NCBI GenBank assembly: GCA_029820565.1 | Contig: JALGUR010000014.1 | Location: 7,036 to 71,035 of the forward strand | From: Candidatus Zipacnadia bacterium | GTDB lineage: Bacteria > Armatimonadota > Zipacnadia > Zipacnadales > Zipacnadaceae | DNA length: 64,000 nucleotides | Reading direction: 5' to 3' | Shown: positions 56,797-64,000 of the stretch, piece after piece | Layout of the letters: every line of letters begins with the position of its first letter | How positions within the stretch are numbered: position 1 is the stretch's first letter | Made by a program: the position numbers and the translations under genes | Notes under the pieces: model-generated | Seen by the model: the letters and a program-made list of their open reading frames with translations, nothing else | The model's database searches: none | Told to the model about the DNA's origin: nothing

Positions 56797-56874
56797 TGGT
56801 CGGGGCGGCCGGATTCGAACCGGCGACCTTCGGCTCCCAAAGCCGACGCGCTAACCAAACTGCGCTACGCCCCG
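56797..56874 (-). tRNA. tRNA-Pro (anticodon UGG)
   Basis: Acceptor CGGGGCG/CGCCCCG, anticodon loop TTTGGGA. Confidence 0.85.
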
Positions 56875-57024
56875 TTGTCCGTTGACTATCTATAGTATAC
56901 CCAACACGGACCCTTTCGTCAACCCACTGCTGACCTGCATTGGCTAATATAACTTGAAGAGGAGGCCCCTGCTGTGGTATAATTTTACCCGCTGATTTGA
57001 TACTAATAGCGGAGATGAACGAAC

Positions 57025-57774
57025 ATGGCCGGACATTCTAAATGGGCCAACCGGGTCCATCGCAAGACTCGGCAGGACAAGAAGCGCGGGAAATTGTTCG
57101 CCAAACTGTCCAAGCAGATTACCGTGGCAGCTCGCGAGGGCGGTGGGGATCCGGAGGCTAACGCTCGGCTGCGGCTGGCAATTGAACAGGCTAAGGCTGC
57201 GGACATGCCCAAAGATAACATTGAGTCTGCTATCCAACGGGGCACCGGCGAAACAGAAGGAATTGAGTACGAACACGCTCTATATGAGGGTTATGGGCCT
57301 GCGGGGATAGCCCTGATGATAGACTGCCTTACTGATAATAGTCAGCGCACGGTAGCCGAGATTCGCAGCCTGATGAAGAAACTGGATGCCAGTCTGGGGG
57401 CAGCCGGCTGCGTGACCTGGATGTTTGAGCAAAAGGGCGTTATTGTGGTGCCCAAGCACCAGGCCGACGAAGATGCAGTGTTCGCCGCAGCGATAGAGGC
57501 AGGAGCCGAGGATGTGTTAGAGGAGGAAGATGTCTGGGAAATCAGGACCCTCCCCCAGGACTTTTCCAGGGCTCACGAAGAAGTTGGGGCCGCGGGCATA
57601 CCTACCGAGCGAGCCGAAGTAACTATGGTGCCCATCACTACTGCGCCGGTGCCAGATGACCAGGCTAAGAAGGTCATCCGACTGCTGGATGAACTCAACG
57701 ACCACGATGATGTCCAGCACGTATTCTCCAACTTTGAGATTTCTGACGAAATATTAGAAGAAGTAGAGGCTTGA
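57025..57774 (+). CDS. yebC: YebC/PmpR-family probable transcriptional regulatory protein
   Basis: MAGHSKWANRVHRKTRQDKKRGKLFAKLSKQITVAAREGGGDPEAN... is the canonical YebC/TACO1 N-terminus. Confidence 0.85.
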   Translation: MAGHSKWANRVHRKTRQDKKRGKLFAKLSKQITVAAREGGGDPEANARLRLAIEQAKAADMPKDNIESAIQRGTGETEGIEYEHALYEGYGPAGIALMIDCLTDNSQRTVAEIRSLMKKLDASLGAAGCVTWMFEQKGVIVVPKHQADEDAVFAAAIEAGAEDVLEEEDVWEIRTLPQDFSRAHEEVGAAGIPTERAEVTMVPITTAPVPDDQAKKVIRLLDELNDHDDVQHVFSNFEISDEILEEVEA

Positions 57775-57841
57775 ATATCTCCCAGCACAGTGGCTACTTG
57801 TGACCACACTGCAGTTACCGAACCACCGAGGAGCAATAAAG

Positions 57842-58924
57842 ATGCGGGGCAGAGAACTAATTGAGTGTGTTTTGGCTGGAGAAACACCGTCGCGGATGCC
57901 CGTTTATGGCGTAATCACCAGTGACGGATTGATAGAGCATGAGGGTGGCGAAGTACTTACCCGGCAGAATGCTGAAGAACTGGCCGCCAGGACTTATCGC
58001 CAACATATAGACCTCACTCGACCATTCAAGGAAAACCTCGGTCCAACTTTTGAAGAAAGTTTGACAATAGATGACTTCGGCTATACCTGGCAAGAGGAAA
58101 GATGGACTCAGTGGCGGGTGAAAACACCCTACCAGACTATTGCGCAGATGAAAGAAGTCTTAGGTAAGCAGATAGACTTTTTCCGCTCATGGCAACCCGA
58201 TCCCGAAAAAAGAACGGAGGAAGTCTTGCCTATAGCGGCACCCAATGCTGCCGAAAAAATCCAGAAGATGTTGGGCAGCGATACTCTCGTTACCGGCTGG
58301 CTGCCTATCGGGACTGCACCTGGTTGCTATTTTCGGGACGGACTGGAAAATTTTTGCTATCTTTTGGCTGATTTCCCCAAAGTAGTCACCGAGTGGGCCC
58401 AGACTCGCCATCAGATGAATCTAAGGAAAATAGATGCTATGGCTGATCCAGTAAACTGCCCACTGGAATTCATAGATGCCGATATCGCCTACCGCAACGG
58501 ACTGCTCTTCTCTCCGCAATACTTCCGAGAAACCGGCTGGTTCACAAGACTGGCAGAATTGGTAGATTGCTTTCATTCGCATGGTGTCGCGGTTGTGTTT
58601 CATTCCGATGGCGACCTGCGCGCGATTATGCCGGAACTGGTAGGCACAGGCATTGACGGTCTGAATCCCATTGAGACCGCCGCCGGGATGTCTATAGGCC
58701 ATCTTCATAAGGCGTTCCCTCGCCTAATCCTTGTAGGAGGGTTGGACAACCACACTCTAATCAACGCTACAACTGATGAAGTAAGAAAAGTTACCCTCCA
58801 AGCATTGAAAAACGGCGGTAACAGGCTAATTGTGGGCAGTTCTACTGAAGAGTTTGATGCCAGTATGAAAGTGGAGAATATTATGGCGGCTCTGGAGACT
58901 ATCTATGAATACCAGCCGCAGTAA
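57842..58924 (+). CDS. URO-D family protein, third paralogue (distant)
   Basis: Start MRGRELIECVLAGETPSRMPV with an AGGAGC ribosome-binding site. C-terminal GIDGLNPIE...LVGGLDNHTLINATTDEVRKVTLQALKNGGNRLIVGSS pattern of URO-D/MtaA-like enzymes. Confidence 0.5.
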   Translation: MRGRELIECVLAGETPSRMPVYGVITSDGLIEHEGGEVLTRQNAEELAARTYRQHIDLTRPFKENLGPTFEESLTIDDFGYTWQEERWTQWRVKTPYQTIAQMKEVLGKQIDFFRSWQPDPEKRTEEVLPIAAPNAAEKIQKMLGSDTLVTGWLPIGTAPGCYFRDGLENFCYLLADFPKVVTEWAQTRHQMNLRKIDAMADPVNCPLEFIDADIAYRNGLLFSPQYFRETGWFTRLAELVDCFHSHGVAVVFHSDGDLRAIMPELVGTGIDGLNPIETAAGMSIGHLHKAFPRLILVGGLDNHTLINATTDEVRKVTLQALKNGGNRLIVGSSTEEFDASMKVENIMAALETIYEYQPQ

Positions 58925-58966
58925 CCACCCGAGGAAGATCTGAGTTAGTGGCATTGGCTATCTGGG

Positions 58967-60133
58967 ATGCTGACCATGGCTGACTTGACCACCGACTTCT
59001 GTGGCATAAGACTGGACAATCCGGTAGTCGTGGGCCCGGCTGGTATCACCGCTACAGCCGAGCGGCTGCGGCGCTGTGAAGACAATGGTGCGGGCGCGGC
59101 GGTGATGAAGAGTTACTTTGAGCACGAACTGCTGCGCCAGTCTCCGACCCCTCACTTTAAGGTCATCCAGCGCCGGCTCGGGCCCTATCGCAGCTCCACG
59201 CTTTACTCCTTTGAACAGGCCAGCCCCTATGGTCTCCAGGAGTATGCCCAACAGATTCAAGCAGCCAAAGAAACCTGCACTATGCCTGTTTTCGGCAGCA
59301 TTGATTGTGTGACACCGGAACATTGGCGGCAGGCCGCCGCGGCTTGCCAGCAGGCCGGGACCGACGGCCTGGAACTAAACGTATCCTGTCCACACGGCCC
59401 CCACGCTATGACCCAAATGACGATGTTTGAGGCAATGATTGCCGCCCTGGACGCTGCCCGGCAAGGTGCCGATCGTATCCCCCTCATCCTCAAAGTCTCC
59501 CCCCAACTCGACAATCCTGCAGCCACTGTCCATAGGCTCAATGCCGCAGGCACCGACGGGGTAGTAATGTTCAACCGCTTGACCGGTTTGGAGATTGACT
59601 TGGATAGCGAACAGCCGATTATGCACGGAGGTTATGCCGGCCACGGCGGCCCCTGGGCCTTACACTACACACTGCGCTGGATATCGCAGACTTATCCTGA
59701 TTTGGACATCCCCATCGCCGCCTCCGGGGGTGTATGTACCGGTACGGATGTGGCTAAATTGCTCCTGGCCGGGGCTACGGTCGTAGAGACGTGTTCAGCA
59801 GTGGTCCTCCAAGGCTATGAGTACATTAGTCAGTTGGTGGACGAACTGCACCAATTTATGGCGAAAAAGGGGTATGAGTCGCTCAGCGAGTTTCGCGGCA
59901 AAATCTGCCATCGTATCCAGACCAATGAGCAAATTCAGCGCGCTCGCACTCGCGTCGCCGAGATTGATGCTTCCCAGTGCACCGCTTGCGGAATCTGCGC
60001 CACCGTATGTATATACCGCGCAGTACAGCAGGACGGGGAGGACTACGGTATTAGCGCGGCGCTGTGCCAGGGTTGTGGCTTGTGTGCTGAGTTGTGCCCT
60101 ATTCAGGCCATAGCAATGATCCCTGTGCCTTAA
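58967..60133 (+). CDS. Dihydroorotate-dehydrogenase-family flavoprotein with a C-terminal 2x[4Fe-4S] ferredoxin domain (PreA/dihydropyrimidine-dehydrogenase-like)
   Basis: DHOD-like TIM barrel with active-site NVSCPH. C-terminal CTACGICATVC...CQGCGLCAELCP. Confidence 0.7.
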   Translation: MLTMADLTTDFCGIRLDNPVVVGPAGITATAERLRRCEDNGAGAAVMKSYFEHELLRQSPTPHFKVIQRRLGPYRSSTLYSFEQASPYGLQEYAQQIQAAKETCTMPVFGSIDCVTPEHWRQAAAACQQAGTDGLELNVSCPHGPHAMTQMTMFEAMIAALDAARQGADRIPLILKVSPQLDNPAATVHRLNAAGTDGVVMFNRLTGLEIDLDSEQPIMHGGYAGHGGPWALHYTLRWISQTYPDLDIPIAASGGVCTGTDVAKLLLAGATVVETCSAVVLQGYEYISQLVDELHQFMAKKGYESLSEFRGKICHRIQTNEQIQRARTRVAEIDASQCTACGICATVCIYRAVQQDGEDYGISAALCQGCGLCAELCPIQAIAMIPVP

Positions 60134-60299
60134 ATGTGTTGTTTGTGCTTCATTGTGCGGCCCGTAGAGGCGCATGCCATCCCCGCATCACTCTGTGCTG
60201 AATTCATACATGCTAACAAAGCCAGGCCGCGGCCTCAAGATTCCCGCGAGAATGCCGATAGACAAATGGCAGCACAGCGCAATACAAATACCTGGGTAA

Positions 60300-61145
60300 G
60301 TGCCGGGCAATTGGTGTCAGCATACTTCTATGAGCCAGCCCACCGAGCAGTTAACCTATGAAGGGGTAGTAACACCTACGCCTGAGCCGTGGAGTACCCA
60401 TCAGCAGGGCCTGGTACGGGCATTAAGCCACGAAATCCGCTCAATACTGGCTTCGGCCAAGATCTGTGCGGAGGCCCTGGGCGAGCCGCACCCCCCGGCC
60501 GAGGACATCAGGCGGCGCTACGCGACGGCAGTGGACGAACAGGTTGACCATATCGCCCGTCTATTGGACGATTTCATCGCCGTTATGAATTACGACAGTG
60601 ACAATGAAGCCCTCCCACCGAGTTTGGTGGACATCAATGCGACCGTCTGGGAGGCGGCTCACCAACTGTATTCCCTGACTCAGCAGCGCTCCGTATCCCT
60701 AAGGCTGGTGCCTTCAGCATCACCAAGTATCGTAAAGGGCAGCAACGCCCGACTTACTCAAGCCCTCCGGGGTTGCCTGGAACATATTCTCCAGGCGACA
60801 CCTGAAGGTAGCGATATCCAGGTGACGGTTGAGCATATTGCCGACCGCAGCGGCGAGCCGGCAATAGCAGTTCGGATTGAATGTAGGCAAGTGCCCCAAG
60901 GCAGCCGGCGGCTGCGGCTGGTAACTTCCTCAGCCTGGGATACAGTTACCCTTAGAGCCGTACAACATATAACCAATGCTCACCGTGGTTACATTGAAGT
61001 CCTGGGGGACGGGCACGACGGCTTGTGCATGATTCTGCCCCGGTGTCGAGCGATGGCGGCCGGCCAATTACCCGCTTCTGGGCAGTGGCGCGCTCAAATC
61101 CTGTCTGACGTTGCCCTCCCCCAGGCCCAAGCCATGGGCCTGTAG
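60300..61145 (+). CDS. Soluble histidine-kinase-like protein with a degenerate ATP-binding domain
   Basis: H-box LVRALSHEIRSILASAKI, followed by a HATPase-like region (LTQALRGCLEHIL...VLGDGHDGLCMIL) that lacks canonical G-boxes. No sensor or TM domain. The start may instead be the internal Met at about 60330. Confidence 0.4.
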   Translation: MPGNWCQHTSMSQPTEQLTYEGVVTPTPEPWSTHQQGLVRALSHEIRSILASAKICAEALGEPHPPAEDIRRRYATAVDEQVDHIARLLDDFIAVMNYDSDNEALPPSLVDINATVWEAAHQLYSLTQQRSVSLRLVPSASPSIVKGSNARLTQALRGCLEHILQATPEGSDIQVTVEHIADRSGEPAIAVRIECRQVPQGSRRLRLVTSSAWDTVTLRAVQHITNAHRGYIEVLGDGHDGLCMILPRCRAMAAGQLPASGQWRAQILSDVALPQAQAMGL

Positions 61146-61243
61146 CCGCCTCAGTTTCTCCCCTGAGATTTAGCCCAACCGGTAGAATCGGTGCTCCCTG
61201 TCCTTGCTGATCTTTTGCTATTGGGTCAGTAATACGGTTCTGC

Positions 61244-62881
61244 CTAAGCCGGGGCAGTACGCTCCGGTTTCGGGTCAACTGCCTGAATTACTGCATCAAG
61301 CATTGTTTGTAGCAATTCCTCACGAACCGCGCGGTATGCCGGGTCCTGCCAGCGATTGTTTAATTCGCCGGGGTCATCCCGCAAGTCGTAAAGTTCGCCA
61401 TCGGGCTCATCGTTATAGTTCAAATAGTAACTGAGGCGGGAATCACGGGTGCGTAGGGTCCTAAGATAGCCGTAGCTGCCCTCATCAAGCAAGGGTAGAT
61501 CATCGTCTTCCAGCAATACCCAAGGCCGACCTTCCCCCTGACCTTGCTTCAGGGCCTCGGTATACGAAACCCCTTGCACGCCACGGGGTATTTCCACACC
61601 TACCAACTCCAGCACGGTACTCATGAAATCAAGGTGGCTCACCAAGCCCTCCAGCCGTGCCCCCGGTGGGAACTTGCCCGGCCACCGCCAGATCAGAGGT
61701 AGGTGGGTTAATTCGTCATAGGGTGAGCACTTGTAAATCAGCCAGTGATCACCCGCATGCTCGCCGTGGTCGGTGGTAAAGATAACTACGGTATCTTCGG
61801 CTATGCCTAACTCGTCCAGTTTGGCCAACACCCGACCCACATTCTGGTCAATCAGCGAGACCATCCCATAGTAATGGGCAATTATCTCCCGAATATGTTC
61901 TTCCGGCATCTCCAGGGGGTGATAGCCCCAGGCGTTCTCAAACTTTTTGAGGCGATTGTGATAATCTGTGGGCTTACCCTCTACTTCAGCCCGGCTGCGG
62001 TTGGGCATAGGAACGTCAGCCGGGTCATACATATTGCACCAGGGCGCTGGCGGACAAAACGGAAAATGCGGGTCGGGGAAACTGGCAAATAGGAAAAACG
62101 GCTCCGATTCGCGGGCAAATTGCTCCAGAAACTTGATACTCTCATTGCCTACGAAAGTAGAACTATGATACTCCTCGGGCATACCTGATTTCCAACTGGA
62201 AGGTGCGCCACTGGGCGGCTGAAGGGCCTTGTCTTTGGACCATAACTGGGGCAGTTCAGGGTCTATTTCGACCAGCCATTGATAGTAGTCTGTCCAATCC
62301 GTGGGATGACCGCAGGCCATTTGCAGTTGTTGGAAGCCATGATAAGGCATCGGCACAGGCTTACCCGCCTCGTGCCACTGGGGACTTTCGGGTGAAACTG
62401 CCAGAACATCTCCGTGCGCGTCGCGCTTGGTCTCGCCGTGGGGGGCGAAGTGCATCTTCCCCACCGCGGCGGTGCGATACCCGGCTGCGGCCAACACCTC
62501 AGCCAGGGTGGTCTCTTCGTCGGGTAGAGCAACCCCATTGGTGACTACACCGTGGACGCGGGGATACCGCCCGGTGAACAGAGTGGCCCGGGAAGGCATA
62601 CAGATGACATTAGCGGTGAACGCGTTCTCACATAGTACCCCCTCGGCCGCCAACCGGTCCAGATTAGGGGTCTGAATAACGTCGTTACCGTAACAGCCCA
62701 GGGTTTTGCGCTGCTGCTGGTCGGTGATAAAGAATATAACATTGGGCCTATGCTTAGCGTTTTGACTACCCTGTGACATTGCTGATCTCCCTTCAGTTTG
62801 CTGCTGAATTGCCGCTGGCACACCAGTAGCCGCGACCGCTCCGACTATGGATGCAATAAATTCCCGGCGACTCAGTAGCAT
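61244..62881 (-). CDS. Cys-type sulfatase (arylsulfatase family), Tat-exported
   Basis: Tat motif SRREFI. Formylglycine motif CMPSRATLFTGR. Metal-binding DQQ / HGEH motifs. Confidence 0.85.
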   Translation of the reverse strand: MLLSRREFIASIVGAVAATGVPAAIQQQTEGRSAMSQGSQNAKHRPNVIFFITDQQQRKTLGCYGNDVIQTPNLDRLAAEGVLCENAFTANVICMPSRATLFTGRYPRVHGVVTNGVALPDEETTLAEVLAAAGYRTAAVGKMHFAPHGETKRDAHGDVLAVSPESPQWHEAGKPVPMPYHGFQQLQMACGHPTDWTDYYQWLVEIDPELPQLWSKDKALQPPSGAPSSWKSGMPEEYHSSTFVGNESIKFLEQFARESEPFFLFASFPDPHFPFCPPAPWCNMYDPADVPMPNRSRAEVEGKPTDYHNRLKKFENAWGYHPLEMPEEHIREIIAHYYGMVSLIDQNVGRVLAKLDELGIAEDTVVIFTTDHGEHAGDHWLIYKCSPYDELTHLPLIWRWPGKFPPGARLEGLVSHLDFMSTVLELVGVEIPRGVQGVSYTEALKQGQGEGRPWVLLEDDDLPLLDEGSYGYLRTLRTRDSRLSYYLNYNDEPDGELYDLRDDPGELNNRWQDPAYRAVREELLQTMLDAVIQAVDPKPERTAPA

Positions 62882-62987
62882 CGCGAACCTTACCTCACTT
62901 CAACGCTGTGCTTCTGCCAGGTTCTGCGTGCTACAGCACAAACCTTCCTAATCATTAGAGAATTCCCACTCGCAACTTCGCATTCAA

Positions 62988-63015
62988 TTGAGTTGCGCAG
63001 TCGGGTATTGTATAA
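62988..63015 (+). promoter_or_regulatory. sigma70-like promoter of relA/spoT (TTGAGT-16 nt-TATAAT)
   Basis: TTGAGTtgcgcagtcgggtattgTATAAT lies about 37 nt upstream of the ATG at 63052. Confidence 0.5.
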
Positions 63016-63051
63016 TAATAGGGAATATCTATTCGGGTGAGAGTCTGTAGA

Positions 63052-64000
63052 TATGGCCGCTGATATTGAGACTATAATCAAGACCGTCAGTAATTACTGG
63101 GCTGCTGAGCAGGTTGAGCAACTCCGAGATGCTTATGAGTTCGCCCGGCAGGCTCACGATGGCCAGCAGCGCCTCACCGGTGATCCCTACATCACCCACC
63201 CCCTGGAAGTGGCCAACATTCTGGTAATGCTGCAAGCCGACCCCGCGGCGGTAGCCGCGGGCCTCCTGCATGACACGGTCGAAGACACTGATATTGTGCC
63301 CCAGCAAATCAGCGAACGATTCGGAGACGAGATTGCTCAGTTGGTGGAAGGAGTCACCAAACTGCGCCGGCTGGACCTCTCCAGCCACCAGCAGGAGCAG
63401 GCCCGGAACCTGCGCAAGATGTTCCTGGCTATGGCTGACGATATCCGAGTGATTCTAATCAAACTGGCGGACCGACTGCACAATATGGGAACTCTGGCTC
63501 CTCTATCCCCGGAAAAGCAGCAGGCCACGGCTACCGAAACTCTTCACATATTCGCGCCTCTGGCCCACCGACTGGGGATTTGGCGGCTCAAATGGGAACT
63601 GGAAGACCTGGCCTTGAAATATCTGGACCCTGACAAATACTGGCAGATAGTGGCGGACCTGGGCCAAACCCGCGAGCAGCGAGAAAGCCAGTTAGAGGCA
63701 GCCCGCTGTCATCTCGAACAACAACTGCGTAGCGTCGGCATCTCCGGCCGGGTAGAAGGACGGGCTAAGCATATCTACAGCATCTACACTAAGATACACC
63801 AGCAGCAAATTGACTTCAGCCAAATCGCCGACTTGATGGCTCTGCGGGTCATTACCAATGATGTCGGCGACTGCTACGCCGCTCTGGGCTTGGTGCATGC
63901 GCTCTGGATACCTATTCCGGGAATGTTCACTGACTATATTGCCAAGTCCAAGTCCAACAATTATCAATCGCTGCACACCAAGGTCATCGGCCCGGATAAA
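63052..64000 (+). CDS. relA: Bifunctional (p)ppGpp synthetase/hydrolase RelA/SpoT (RSH), N-terminal part. It continues beyond the window.
   Basis: The HD domain reads HPLEVANILVMLQ...AAGLLHDTVEDT. The synthetase domain reads ...RAKHIYSIYTKI...LMALRVITNDVGDCYAALGLVHALW. Confidence 0.85.

Noticed and set aside
60300-61145. A functional two-component sensor kinase
   Set aside because: There is no adjacent response regulator, no sensor or TM domain, and the G1/G2 ATP-binding boxes are missing. It is kept only as a histidine-kinase-like protein at low confidence.
1-64000. CRISPR array
   Set aside because: The abundant repeats are palindromic and variable in length, sequence and spacing, and sit singly or in pairs in intergenic regions. 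There are no regularly spaced direct repeats with unique spacers, and no cas genes.

Overview
This 64 kb window is high-GC (about 60%) bacterial chromosome with diderm (Gram-negative-type) hallmarks: lptD, lptF/G, a DUF481-like outer-membrane barrel and a PEP-CTERM protein. It is densely coding, with about 50 genes on both strands. The lineage cannot be placed from the sequence alone, and many proteins have only distant family resemblance.

Core genes recognised:
- mreB (3' end), mreC, mreD
- a secreted malectin-domain glycoside-hydrolase-like protein
- a GT2 processive glycosyltransferase overlapping a GT-C membrane glycosyltransferase
- yjbQ
- cimA/leuA-family synthase
- lptD, with an lptF/G permease next to it
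- a secreted papain-like peptidase candidate
- a GspE/PilB secretion ATPase
- a PAP2 phosphatase, an M20 peptidase and a BNR/sialidase-like protein with an N-terminal CBM
- a galactokinase-like GHMP kinase followed by two tandem phosphohexomutase (PGM/PMM) paralogues
- a MazEF toxin-antitoxin pair
- an mtaB-like methylthiotransferase and an HpcH-family aldolase
- rpmB, argS, valS
- three URO-D-family paralogues
- the tig-clpP-clpX operon
- an array of 7 tRNAs, plus a separate tRNA-Ser
- yebC, a DHOD/DPD-like flavoprotein carrying a ferredoxin domain, a Cys-type sulfatase, and the start of relA/spoT

What stands out beyond ordinary annotation:
1. A REP-associated tyrosine transposase (RAYT, IS200-like HUH enzyme) sits between inverted REP-like palindromes. 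At least four or five families of GC-rich palindromic modules are scattered as mosaic, MITE-like composites through more than ten intergenic regions of the window.
2. A complete T-box riboswitch leader (promoter, stem I with a GUC-A specifier, the GGGTGGTACCGCGG box, terminator) lies upstream of valS.
3. Two tandem URO-D-like genes have nearly identical 3' ends but diverged 5' ends, which looks like a gene-conversion tract.
4. The first PGM/PMM paralogue has TAGHND in place of the catalytic TASHNP loop, so the phosphoserine is missing.
5. A conserved roughly 35-nt motif sits just upstream of the ribosome-binding site of two neighbouring secretory genes, one of them PEP-CTERM.
6. A structured C6/G6 double-tract element occurs twice, each time at a gene's 3' end.
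7. An accessory islet beside tRNA-Ser carries an FAD-oxidoreductase gene fragment, an ATL-like (MGMT-family) protein, MazEF, and a probably frameshifted small membrane gene.

No CRISPR array, integrase or recognisable defence cassette was seen. All calls rest on reading the sequence and ORF translations by eye against remembered family signatures. No database searches were run.
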